Source: Octopus sinensis | Taxonomy: Eukaryota | Assembly (NCBI RefSeq): GCF_006345805.1 | Contig: NC_042999.1 | Coordinates: 77,376,001-77,440,000, forward strand | Length of the DNA: 64,000 nt | Direction: 5' to 3' | In this document: one piece after another, positions 11,628 through 23,600 of the stretch | How the letters are laid out: the number at the start of each line of letters is the position of its first letter | Position numbering within the stretch: the stretch's first letter is position 1 | The notes under the pieces: generated by a model | Database searches by the model: none | What the model was told of the DNA's origin: nothing | The model's input: the letters and a program-made list of their open reading frames with translations, nothing else | Made by a program: the position numbers and the translations under genes

Positions 11628-13033
11628 AGGGCGACCGCACATCACCTTCAAAAAGGGCGACCGCACATCACCTGTCAACTATCGCCCAGTCAGTCTCACT
11701 AGCTGTATTGCAAAACTGATGGAATCGTGTGTCAGAGAAACACTCTGGAACTTCTGGAGCTCTCACAGTCTCATCCGACCCTCACAATATGGATTTGTCC
11801 CTAACTCCAGCTGCAGTGACCAGCTTGTCGAGTTCCTTGAGGACATTACTCAGATTACTGACAGTGGCTCATGGGGGGATGTTGTCTACCTTGACTTTGC
11901 TAAGGCTTTCAACTCTGTGCCACACAAAAGGCTTATGGTGAAACTCTCTGCAATGGGTGTGGGGGATGACCTTTTTAACTGGTTGAAATCCTTCATCCTC
12001 AGCCGAAAGGAGGTAGTCACAGTTTAGGACAGCACTCTACACCATATGAGATGTCATCGGGTGTACCACAGGGATCTGTCCTTGGTCCCCTCTTGTTTGT
12101 GGCATACATTAACGACATAGATGCCAATTTAAAGAATGCCACAGTATTGAAATATGCAGACGACATCAAGCTGTACCTTGAAATCAAGAGGACAGATCCT
12201 GATGTCTCACAATCTTTCCTGCAATCAGACCTAGACACAATGCAGCAATGGATCAAGACTGGCAACTGAAACTGGCTGTGGACAAGTGTACCACCATGCA
12301 TTTTGGGAGAAAAAACCCTGCGTTCACATACTCCCTCCACAACACTGATATCAAGAAATCCTCTTGCGAGCGTGACCTAGGCATCACTGTCAGCAGTGAT
12401 TTGCGTTGGTCAAAGCATATCTCTAAGATTGTCAGGAAGGCCGAGGGTGTCTTGGCATCACTCAGCAGGTTTTTTGTTAGCCGCTCTCCAGCCATCTATT
12501 TAAAATGTATACAGCTATGGTACGACCACACTTGGAATTCGCATCATCAGTTTGGAACCCCTATCTTGCACAGAACATTGACCTCCTGGAATCTGTCCAG
12601 AGACGTGCAACCAAACGCATACCCTCCATCAGACACCTACCATATTCTGAGCGCCTTGTTTCCCTGGGCATGGATTCACTGAAGCTCCGGCGTTTGGCGA
12701 CGGACTTGGTAAACACCCACAAAGTTATCAACCACCTCACCAACAACAACACTGAACACCTTTTTGATCTCCATGTGTCTAACACACGTGGACATGCCTA
12801 CAAAGTCAGAAAACAATACAGCTCCCATGACTTTCGGAAACATTTTTTCACGCTCAGAGTTGCTGAAGCATGGAATAAACTGCCTGCGTCAGTTGTTGAC
12901 TGCCATGACACTGCATCTTTTAAGGCCCTCATGCTTTCCGAAATCCACCGAAACTACACCTGATTATATATACACTTTAGATGAGTTGTAGTGCACCTGA
13001 GCACTGTACACAATTATTATTATTATTATTACT
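11628..13033 (+). mobile_element. 5'-truncated CR1/L2-group LINE (RT to 3' tail), frameshifted
   Basis: KKGDRTSPVNYRPVSLTS, YLDFAKAF, SGVPQGSVLGPLLF, YADD, RPHLEF, FFTLRV..AWNKLP; (ATT)n tail at 13015-13031. Confidence 0.93.
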
Positions 13034-15380
13034 GGAGAGATGGCTGATGGCACCAAAATTTTTTTTTTTTCTATTAAGGTAACAAGCTGGCAGAATTATT
13101 AGAGCATTGGAAAAAATTGTGGTATTTCTTCTGGTTCTTTACATTTTGAGTTCAAATTCTGCTGAGATCAACTTTGCATTTCATTCTTTTGGTGTTGATA
13201 AAATTCCAGTTAAATACTAGGTTCAGTATGATTAACTTAGCTTCTCCCAAAATTGCATGCATGGAAAGAATTGTTACTATTATCTAAAACTTAGCAAAAT
13301 TCAACCAATCCCAGGAATTATTAGAATCAATAATTAAACAACATTCTTTGTATCCAACAAGTGATGACATTTAAAACCAATACAGTTTCTTTAAAATTGC
13401 TTGCCAACAAAAGAACAAAAACATACTCATTTACTTACACACATCACACATATGTATGTATATTGCACTTTTCTGAATCACAAGGTAAACCAGCATGTAT
13501 CCCTGCCTTTAAAAGTATTCAACAAGTAAAATGTAAATCTCACCTCAGATAAAATGATGGTCTGACACAAACTACTTTTCCTATTGTGAAGTTAAACTTG
13601 ATGCTGCTAAACGAGTTATTTATCAATTTCACAGTACAATCACTAATTACAACAATGTCTTTCACTACTACATGATACCAAAGATTTAAGCATCTCAGCT
13701 CTGGACAAATTGTAATATCAGTTGAAGGACAACAAACTATATAGACCTCTGAACTGATTGTCTATTACTCAATTAACTCATTCATCTACACTGTGTGTGT
13801 GTGGATGCTGTTAGCACGTCTTCATTAACATCATCTAAGCATAACAGTGTGACATTGTTTATGTTCTGTTAATAAAAGTCTTACAGTTCTGTCAGTTTTG
13901 ATTTGTTTGGGCTCATAGAATGAAGAACGCCTTGAAAAAGATGAATATTTGTAACAGAAAAAGCATCTGGTTACAGAAAATCTATTCTCAATAAGTCTCA
14001 TCTGATCCATGCCAGATTGATAAAATGAACATACTCTAAAGGTGAGATTAACAGTCTGCAAAATTTCATTAAAATAAATAAAGGTGCACAAATCTGATAT
14101 TTTAAACCTAGATATAAATGGCATGCACTAACACACATACAAAAAAAAGTATATTAAACATTGATGTTTTAATAAAATGAAAAATCATGTTTATAGAACA
14201 ATTTATTGTTTCTTAAAACATGAAAAAAATCAGAATTTAGGACAAATGATTAACTTTTTTATCGATCAAGCCATGAGGCAAAAAGTTAATATGGTTTTAA
14301 TACTTGTGCACAAATGTTTGGTTGAGGAAGTTCCATTTTTAATGTGCATTTTATAGGATAAAGAATAGAAGAATACACAGGCAGATGTTTCAAAGAATGA
14401 TTATGGACATATTTTGAATGAAAACTTCAGTCTCAAGCCATTACAAAAACATTTTAGAAAATAAGTACTTTCAATTTTCTTCAACTGAAATATGCTCACT
14501 TTGAAGCATTGTGTGTTTCATTTAAAAACATTGAAGTTCACGGGAGAGTCTATTAAATTCAGTAGTTATGAGGTATGAAGAATGTATCATTCCAGGCTCT
14601 TTGTCTGAGAATTAGTGGTATCGTCTTTTTTGCTGCAAGGCTAATGAGGCAGGAATGGAAATGAAAGAATGATATCAGGAAAGGAGGACAATGAAAAAAA
14701 TAAAGTACAAGGTGGAAAAACAGAAGTCAGAACTAGAGATGGAAAATAGAAAGACAAAATAGTATTGAACATGGTGGGGGTAGTAAAAAAGTGGAAGACA
14801 ATGCACACACTTAGAAGATTATTTAATAAAAATTTAACTGAAAATTATTAATAGCGTGTTAAAGAACTAAAAGTCTTTAATATCTAGTGGATTGAAATTT
14901 ATGCAATTTTAATGACTTACAATTTAAGTCTTCATGCATAAACCGTCTGGGAGATATTGAGACTTTTAGCCATTTGCATCATACTCTGCTGTGGAATTCA
15001 TGACACCCTCTTTCAGTTGACATTCACAAATTGTTTTATCCTTACGGATCATTTTCAGCCAGGAATGGTCTTGCTGTTCATTGAACCTGTCTTACTGAGC
15101 ATTTCATGACATTATAGACTTATTTTGGGATCAATAACAACCTTTGAAGCCACGTCTTTGGTGCTATGTCCTACTTTTTTCAGAGCTACAATCTCACTTC
15201 ACTCATTAGCTGCCATGTTGAAATGTTTTACTCACTGAATGTACATGAACAACTGAATGTCAAGGAGCATATTTTAATTATTTTTGTGCAATTTCAACTA
15301 AATTTAATAAAATAGTCTTATTTAAATAATTGAGAATTATTTATGGCGCATCTTGTAATACAGGTTGAATATTTCGGCCA

Positions 15381-15530
15381 GATATGGCTGGTTTAAATGC
15401 TGAAGGGTTAAGCACTTATTTAGTGTTAATTTTCACCATACCAATTGCAACTTGGTCACTGATAAGGTTTCACTGAATCCCTGTGGAATCTTGTCAGTGA
15501 CCAGGTTGCAGTTGGTGTGATGAAAATCTT
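15381..15530. repeat. Module: GGTTTAAATGCTGAAGGGTTAA terminus + ~100-bp hairpin (copy 1)
   Basis: Hairpin TTTTCACCATACCAATTGCAAC...GTTGCAGTTGGTGTGATGAAAA; repeated at 19025-19155. Confidence 0.75.
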
Positions 15531-15817
15531 GACAGCAAATAATAAGTGTTTAAGTGAAGTTAACAATTTTTGTGTGTTTTGAAAGGTTGACGCGTTGCCT
15601 TCTATGTTGTGTTTGTTTATATTTGTAGAATTTAGTTGAAATCATTCCACAAGTAAAATCTACAGTAGTCTTGTCAAAGATCTTGTGAAACTCGGAGTAG
15701 CAAGAGACTGACTCAACCAAAATAAAGGATATTATTAATCTCTACTATGGCATTGAGTACTTTATTTTCCAATAATTAACACTAAACAGATATGTATGTC
15801 ATCATCATCATCTTTCA

Positions 15818-16540
15818 ATATCTATCCTTCATACCAGCATATGTTGGATGATTTGATAGAATCCAACAAACCAGAGGACTGCACTGAGCTCCAGTGTCTG
15901 CTTGGTATGATTTCTTTGGTTGGAATCTCTTCTTAATGCCAACCACTTTACAGTGTCTTCAGTGCTTTTTTTTTTATGACACCAGCATAAGTGAAAGTTA
16001 TGAAGTAACTTACAAGTAAAAGAAGAAACCTTGAGAGGATGTGGCATTGAGAAGCTAAAGTATGGTAAAGGAAGAGATGCCTTGCCATAAAGGAGATATA
16101 TGGTTACTTCACATTATATAGGAGTTGGTGGGAGTAACTGAAAGAAGTTACAGAAGTTGGTGATGAGATTTTGGAGCATACTGTCAAGGTACAAGAAGGT
16201 AAGTATAAGACAGAATACAGACTGAGGATGGAAAGTTGAGGGTGAATGACAGATGGGTAAGGATTGGGGTAGAGTTTAATATAATGAATGATGTATAAGG
16301 GTGGAAGTGTGGCTGATGATAAATATCAGTGTGTAGAATAAAGTAAAAACAAAAAACTCAGGAAAGAGATAAGTGGCAATACAGGAAGGGTGGAGGGCAG
16401 CTGTATAATAATCCTGTAGATAGACCAGAAAATAGGAAGGGAGAGTGAGAGAGAAATGTACAGGGACAGCAATGGAGATCAGAGATACATAGTGGTGACT
16501 GGAGTGAGTAAGGAATAAAGGTAGGAGCACTGACAACAGA
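15818..16540 (-). mobile_element. Decayed RTE-type 3' end with family 3 tail
   Basis: (CAT)n tail, CTTAATGCCAACCACTTTACAGTG, purine-rich RTE 3' body. Confidence 0.55.
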
Positions 16541-18179
16541 TATGAGGGTGGGTAAGAAGTAGTTCAGAGGAGAGGGAGAGATACCTGAAAGTATAGAAAG
16601 GGATTTGTAGTGGAAAACTGAATGTGGGACAGATGTTAAAGAAAGTGGTTACAGGGAGAGGTAACTAATAGCACCAAGAAGAAGTATGAGTAGATTCTGC
16701 TGTCATATGATTACAGCAGCTAAATTATGCCCTTGTTAGAGAAGTGATGATAAGATGGGTGTTAGGAAGATGAGATGTGATACACATATCACTCAGCTTT
16801 CTCTCTCTCTATGTTACACTGCTAGTGTGACGAGGATGGCAGTTTATCTCTCCCAACTCACCATACCATCCTTCCAGTGAAAGAACAAATGGTGAGATCA
16901 GTGCAAGAATGCTTAATGTTGTGAAGGCAGAAATTTTTATTATAGTTAAGATTATCCTCATTCTAAGGAACAAAATTATTGGCTTCAAATTTTGACCCAA
17001 GGTCAGCAATTTCTTGAGGTTGGGTGGTGGGTAAGTCAATTACATCACCCATAGTGCTGAACTGGTACTTAGTTGACTTCAGTCAAATTTGAACTCAGAA
17101 CGTGAAGATGGACAAAATGCTGCAAAGCATTTTGCCCAGCATGTTAACAATTCTATCATCTGGCAACCTCAGGAAAAAAAAAAATTATTGACTTAAGGTA
17201 ATGTCGAGTAAAGGAGACAACCCACAAGCCTTCATTAAGACAGAAAGTAAATAATACAATGGGGAATGAGTCAAGAAAGATCTATTTGTCATTATTGCAT
17301 AGTTCAGTTGTGCTGTGGCAGATTCCAGCCAATCAAGGCAGGATGCATAGGAATACAAACAGCAGTGATCTGCTTTAGCAATGAAGGAGAAGTTTCAAAC
17401 TAGTTGGTGAATAGACAGCCTAGAAGTAACATCTCTTTCTTTGACATGCAACAATTTTTGTGTTCACCACCAACTTCATGCAACTCATGTGAATGATATT
17501 AGCTACAACTCTGCCTCAAAATGAGTGGTACCTTCTTGTTCCCATTAGCATACAATGGCTTCCACATAACCCTCCTATGCTAAAAGTAAGTTGTGAGATT
17601 TTTCCCGTCTCGCATGCACATGTAGATGATTCGCATATACATGCAGATTAATCAGTGCTACAACTAGCCAGCATTTGTTTTATTTAGATAAAGTTGGCAA
17701 TGTTTCGTTGTAAATGAACTACCTTCTTACATTCCTTATATACGCTTATTAAAAGTACACTGGAACAGACTCTCTCATGAACACTCTTCTTACATAAAAT
17801 CACAGAACACTCACACTAAGTTACTGACCGGCACCACTAAAAGTCTGATTGTAACAGTACAGGGACAGTTCTTGATATATTTTAATCTTATTAACCTTTT
17901 TCAACAAAACATAGTCTTTAACAGTACTTCCAGACAAAGATGCTCAGAAAGATATATAATTTTTTTGTAAAGTTGTATGTAGCTTGTGTTTATAAAATAA
18001 TTCCTCTCATAAAATGCATGCACAAAATAGGTTTTTTTTCTTTTTATCAAAATAAATTCTGTTTGTTACAATTTGCAATAATTCAGTGAAAAGGGATATA
18101 TTTTTACAAAAGAAAAACAGGAAAAACATCAATGCAACACCAAGTGTCTCTATTGGTCACATGCAACAAGATTCAACAG

Positions 18180-18425
18180 AACCTACTGAAGCTAGCCAAC
18201 ACACTTGCAGCATTATGAGCAGTGGCAAGGCTAAGGCATTGGAACAGCCAAGTACCCACACAGGCATCACCTGACACCTCAGTAAGACATTGGAACAGCC
18301 AAGCAACCTCATGGGCATCACCTGACACCCTGGTAAGGAGAGCTGCCAATAGTGATGAGAACTTCACTGTTAGCGGCCCAGCTCCTCCAAATGTCTCAAA
18401 CACCACAGGCTGGTAGAGAGTCCAC
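18180..18425 (-). mobile_element. CRE-like non-LTR retrotransposon 3' end (restriction-like endonuclease region) with ~48-bp internal duplication
   Basis: PVVFETFGG.G...F...L....SGD..E..WLFQ.LSLA..(G)NAASVL motif; segment GCATCACCTGACAC occurs twice. Confidence 0.65.
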
Positions 18426-18665
18426 TGACAGGTCCTGATACTTCCAACCAGACGGTTATAGTAGAAGACATTTCCCAACCACATGGTTATAGTAGAAGAA
18501 ACTTGCCCTATGTACCATGCAATGGGACTGAACCTGGAATCATGTGGTTGGGAAGCAAACTTCTTACCTTACAGCATGGGCAAGTGTCTTCTACCATAGC
18601 GCCAGGCCAACCAATGCCTTGTGAATGAATTTGATAGACTGAAACAGAAAGAAGCTCACTACATA
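18425..18665. mobile_element. Two SINE family 1 fragments, head to head
   Basis: Minus-strand head 18425-18575, then plus-strand GGCAAGTGTCTTCTAC...GAAAGAAGC. Confidence 0.65.
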
Positions 18666-19024
18666 TATACAGATGTAAATATGTGAATGTATATGTATGG
18701 CAGGGGGTGGGGGCATGTTTCTGTCACCTTGCATGATGGTTGTAAACATCATGCAAATGGTCTCCTTTGTTTTCAATCTTCCGTGGAAACACATCTCGTC
18801 ATGAGGAAATATTACCTTACTTGGAAATAGCTGAGGGTTGGCAACAAAAAATATCAATCTCAACAAATTCCATCCATAGAAAAGTAGACATTAAAAGGTT
18901 GATTATACACACACACACACACAATAGTAATAATGGTCGTAGGCATAATGGTTTTGATCAGAGGTTGATTCTGTAAATTTATCTGGCATTAATCAACAGC
19001 CCTTTCTTGTCTTATATTTCATTC

Positions 19025-19155
19025 ATGGCTGGTTTAAATGCTAAAGGATTAAGCACTTTTCACCATACCAATTGCAACCTGGTCACTGACAAGGTTCCAC
19101 TGAATCCCTCTGGAACCTTGTCAGTGACCAGGTTCCAGTTGGTGTGGTGAAAATT
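19025..19155. repeat. Same terminus + hairpin module (copy 2)
   Basis: Direct repeat of 15381-15530 with a short deletion before the hairpin. Confidence 0.75.
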
Positions 19156-20471
19156 TTGACACCAAATAATTATATTTCATTCAAAATGAATAATTAATAA
19201 AAAGAAAAGTCACATGAGAAAACAAATTAAAATTTTCAGTGATCCGACCATTAATGTGTTTCTGCAGAAAATCGATATTATGGTTATAACTTTTCTTAAT
19301 TAAGCAAAACTTCGCATTGTGAATTTATTTTACAAACATAAACTATAACAATACCAGATTAAATTCATTTATTTATTTGGCATGGGTGTAATTTAAACAG
19401 TGAATGATGTGATAACTTCAAGGTGCCCCAGCATGGCCTCAGCCGGATGGCTGAAACAAGTAAAAGAGTAAAAGAGAGAGAGAGACAAAGTAAATATTCA
19501 TTACCACTTTTTGGTTCCCCTACATTAGTAACTTAGCACCAACTTTTCCATTTGGTTTTCGCCCAGAATGAATTTCTGGATATTTTTCTAGTCTTTTAAG
19601 TTATTCACACACACATACACACACAAATATATATACTGTTCAAATCATTTTGTTTTGCTGCATTAAAGATAGCGATTATGCATAGATGAGAAGGTTGAAT
19701 AAGATAGAAACATGTCCAGCGTTGTTCCCGTACAGCAAAGCACAGCCCACTCCCTCTCCTAATTACTCACTACATCTTTACATTCTTTTCGAGCGGGATA
19801 CCTCTTCTGTCTTTCTGATCATTAATCTAATTATTAACGCATATTAAAACACAGATTGCAACAGAGTTTTGGAGTAGTTGTACTAAGAAGTATCACATCT
19901 TTTTTTTTTTTTTTTTGCGATCTTTCGCTATGACTTGCAAAACTGTTATTTAGATCAGTTGGTTGGGTCAACGAGTTGTTCGTTACGTTCCGTAATTTTT
20001 TTTACGGAAACTGATTCTGAAAAAAAAAAAAAAAAAAAAAAAAAAAATTCAGTCGTTGACACTTTTTTCCCTTCCATTTGGCATTCACTTTTTCTTTCCC
20101 TTGTGTTTGATTCTTCTAGGTATGGATATTTCAAATCTCCGCTTTAACGGCATTATTCACGATTCTTGCAAATCGTAAATATTTCTTATTAAATTAACTG
20201 CACTTATAGAAATGGATCATTCTTTAATCTCCTTCAACCGCCTAAATATATAAATACAATGTACTTCCAATTCTGTAAGAAATCTAATGAAGATACTTCT
20301 ACGTGATTAATAATCAGCGAAATGTCACCAGTTTCTACGAGAAAGAAAGAAACAAATAATAAAGCTAAATAAAATGTTCATAAAACTTTTGATTTACTAG
20401 TATTTAAATTTAATATATTAATTTCATTTGTTGCTTTTATGAACAAAATTAAGTTTCTTTACGACATTGGT

Positions 20472-20483
20472 GATGACGTCATC
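20472..20483. promoter_or_regulatory. Palindromic CRE/ATF site GATGACGTCATC ~75 bp upstream of the PSMF1 ATG
   Basis: Full TGACGTCA octamer in a CpG-retaining stretch before exon 1; function not shown. Confidence 0.45.
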
Positions 20484-20557
20484 TGTTTATGTTTACGGAA
20501 CAGAAATGAAAACGTCACTAGTATTTTCTATTTCGTCGTCGGTTGGTCTCTAATAAA

Positions 20558-20689
20558 ATGGCAGACCATCCAGGTTTGGAGTTGCTATTTCGTAGCGTTG
20601 AGATCACTTCGGTTCAAGATGCAGCCATTTGCTTGTTACACTGGGAATTCATCAGAAATGGGTTTAAATGTACTAATGATAGTGACGAG
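20558..20689 (+). CDS. PSMF1: PSMF1 exon 1: MADHPGLELLFRSVEITSVQDAAICLLHWEFIRNGFKCTNDSDE
   Basis: ATG in aaaATGg context; resembles PI31 N-terminus (MAGLEVLF...QDALVCFLHWE); donor GAG|GTTTGT, phase 0. Confidence 0.92.
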
Positions 20690-23600
20690 GTTTGTTTTTG
20701 TTTACATTTATAGTGTTGATATGTCGTTCATACAGAATGTTGCTAATGCTTTAGAGAAATGCATGAACGTCACACAATCCCTTTCAGGAATATGTTAAAT
20801 AAACTATATAACTGACTGGTGGGTTGCTCCAAGGAATATGTTAAATAAACTATATAACTGACTGGTGGGTTACTCCAAGGTAACCATGGATCAGGGAGGT
20901 GTGAGACCTGTAAGGAGTAGCGCTAACTAAACACAACCTGGGGCTTGATCAATCTTGGATGAAGATATTTGTTGAAATACCTGAAACACCTATTTGTTTC
21001 CTGAAACGTCACTAATAAAGTGCCCAGGTGCATCAAAATATGATGTTTAGAAAAACAAACACACACACTAATACAGTACGACGCATATTCATATACACTG
21101 CATTGTAAAGGTATGGGATCTTTTCGGTTTGAACGGCAGTTTTTCTAGCGGTGTCATATGAAATTGTCACCCATGATTAAGACCCTAGTATCGATCTATT
21201 GTATTTCAATCTGGGTTAGGGGTGGGGGAAGGGTATCTTTTTTTCTTCAGAAATGTAAATAAACCCAATCTGTTTCTTAAACGAGGGACATATTCATACG
21301 GCACAGAATGTTTTTCACCTCAATAGACGTCATTGATTGGTTGAAATTGCAGAAATTGAAGGAAAAACAACAACAAATATCTTACTAAACTATTCGAGCA
21401 ATGCGACTAGACAGTCGGTGATGAATCCCAATACAAGACCGAAACTTGACCAGCTGCTACTTCCTTTTTCTATCCATGAAGAGAGAGAGAGAGAGATTTT
21501 ATGTGTAGACAGTGTTGACTAAAAAAAATTCTATAGAAATGTTATTTAGTTCAGTATAGCATTGAAACAAAACGCTGTTAACGCACCGGTAATATAAATA
21601 TTAATTCGATAAGTCGGCCCCAGAAGTTCCTGTACGTGAACTTGTTCTGAGTGGATACAGTGTTGCACAGTACTGAAACCACTTTTCAGCGCAATCAGCT
21701 ATTATACTAGTACCACAACAGATGCTGAGACGACCAATAACCAACTGCACCCCAGGGTCTTTCTTATAAGAGTATAAAGAAGGAAATCCTAATAAGAACT
21801 GGGGTGGTTGGGCTGGTGATAACTTTAAAATTACATCCAGTAATGGGGTCCTAGTTGTGTGCTCCCCCGTTTCGAGGAGTGTGGAACCACCCCTTAGCTA
21901 TTATTGTTCTCAGGTCTACTCTGATCCATAATAGTATTTGATATGGTCCCATTTATGAATTAATTATCATATGTCTGTGTGTGAGTGTGTGTGTATATAG
22001 TATATTTATGTATGGTCGAGGAAGTAATGTTTGATTATAAATAACACCCAGGAAGATTTACTGTTTTCAGTTCTATTCCGTGTAATGGGACATTACACGG
22101 AAGGTATTATTTTTTGCTGTTTTACTAAATATTTTTCATACAAGCATAGGTGTATGAAAAATCTATTACTTAATATAGTCATATCTTTTTATTTGCTATT
22201 TCTCATTGTTTTATATCTTAAATGAATTTCTACAGATATCCTCCTCCCCACATCAGTAATAGTTAACTATAGCAGAATTTATTTTTTATTTCAGAAAATT
22301 GGTTCTGAACTTTTGCCTCCAGACTGGAATAATTCACAAGATGTATATGTTCTTAATTACAGCAGATATTCAGAAGATAGAAAAGCAGAACGTTTTTTGA
22401 TGAAAGCTATTCTAATTGAAAATTGTTTGTCACTAAATCTAATGGTAAAGGTCACATGTTCTATCTACTTTCTTTTTATACATTTATTGTAATGTATATA
22501 GATGCCTCCATTTTCTAAGAAGTTTACAAGCATCAAGCAAATTATAGATAAATTATAGGCATAGCAGTGGCTGTGTGGTAAGTAGCTTGCTTACCAGCAC
22601 ATGGTTCCGGGTTCAGTCCAACTGTGTGGCACTTTGGGCAAGTGTCTCCTACTATAGCCTCGGGCCAACCAAAGCCTTGTGAGTGGATTTAGTAGACAAA
22701 AACTGAAAGAAGCGAAGCGCGTCGTGTGTGTGTATATATATATATATATTTATATGTATGTATGTATGTGTGTGTGTGTGTGTATGTTTCTGTGTTTGTC
22801 CCCCCAACATTGCTTGACAACTGATGCTGGTGTGTCTACGTCCTTGTAACTTGGCGGTTCGGCAAAAGAGACCGATAGAATAAGTGCTAGGCTTACAAAG
22901 AATAAGTCCTGGGGTCGATTTGCTCAACTAAAGGCAGTGCTCCAGCATGGCCACAGTCAAATGACTGAAACAAGTAAAAGAAAATGTTCCCCCTAAATAT
23001 TAACATTCTCAGATGATCCAGTGCTTGTTTGCTTGTTCTTGAAAGAAAAGCTCCAATGAATTGATCACTGCAGTGTATATTTTATTGATAAGTCACCATT
23101 TAAAAAATTTATTTGACATGCATCTCTGAAACACCAAACCATGTTCTGAGCTTGAAATTCACAACCCCCTCACTCTCTCTCTCATACACACACAAGCGCG
23201 TGTGTGTGTATGTGTGTGTGCATATGGATGAATTTGTAGGGCTGAATGGTCATGGCACTCTTCTGTCTCTATGACTCTCAATATTATATGTAAATTACAA
23301 TATGACATCATGCACCTGTAACAATATACAACACCTTCCATGTGTGTGAATATATATGTGCAGTTCTCTACTGGCTGATTATAATCCTAATACCCATTAG
23401 ATATTGCAAGTATTGTCAGTGGATCAGGAGTGGCTGATTTAAAAGCACAAGTTAATTGATAATTTGGTTGTTCCAGACAAAGATTATAGAAACCTATTGC
23501 TCTATATATATGGTTCTGAAACTTAGCTGCTTTATTGGCAATGATTGAGATTATTTCAGGTATTTGACATTTTATTTAAACACAATTTCATCATCATCAT

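Noticed and set aside
13544-14055. Minus-strand segment with good acceptor and donor, including ORF 13831-14124
   Set aside because: No frame stays open across it and no homology is recognised; could be non-coding, but unsupported.
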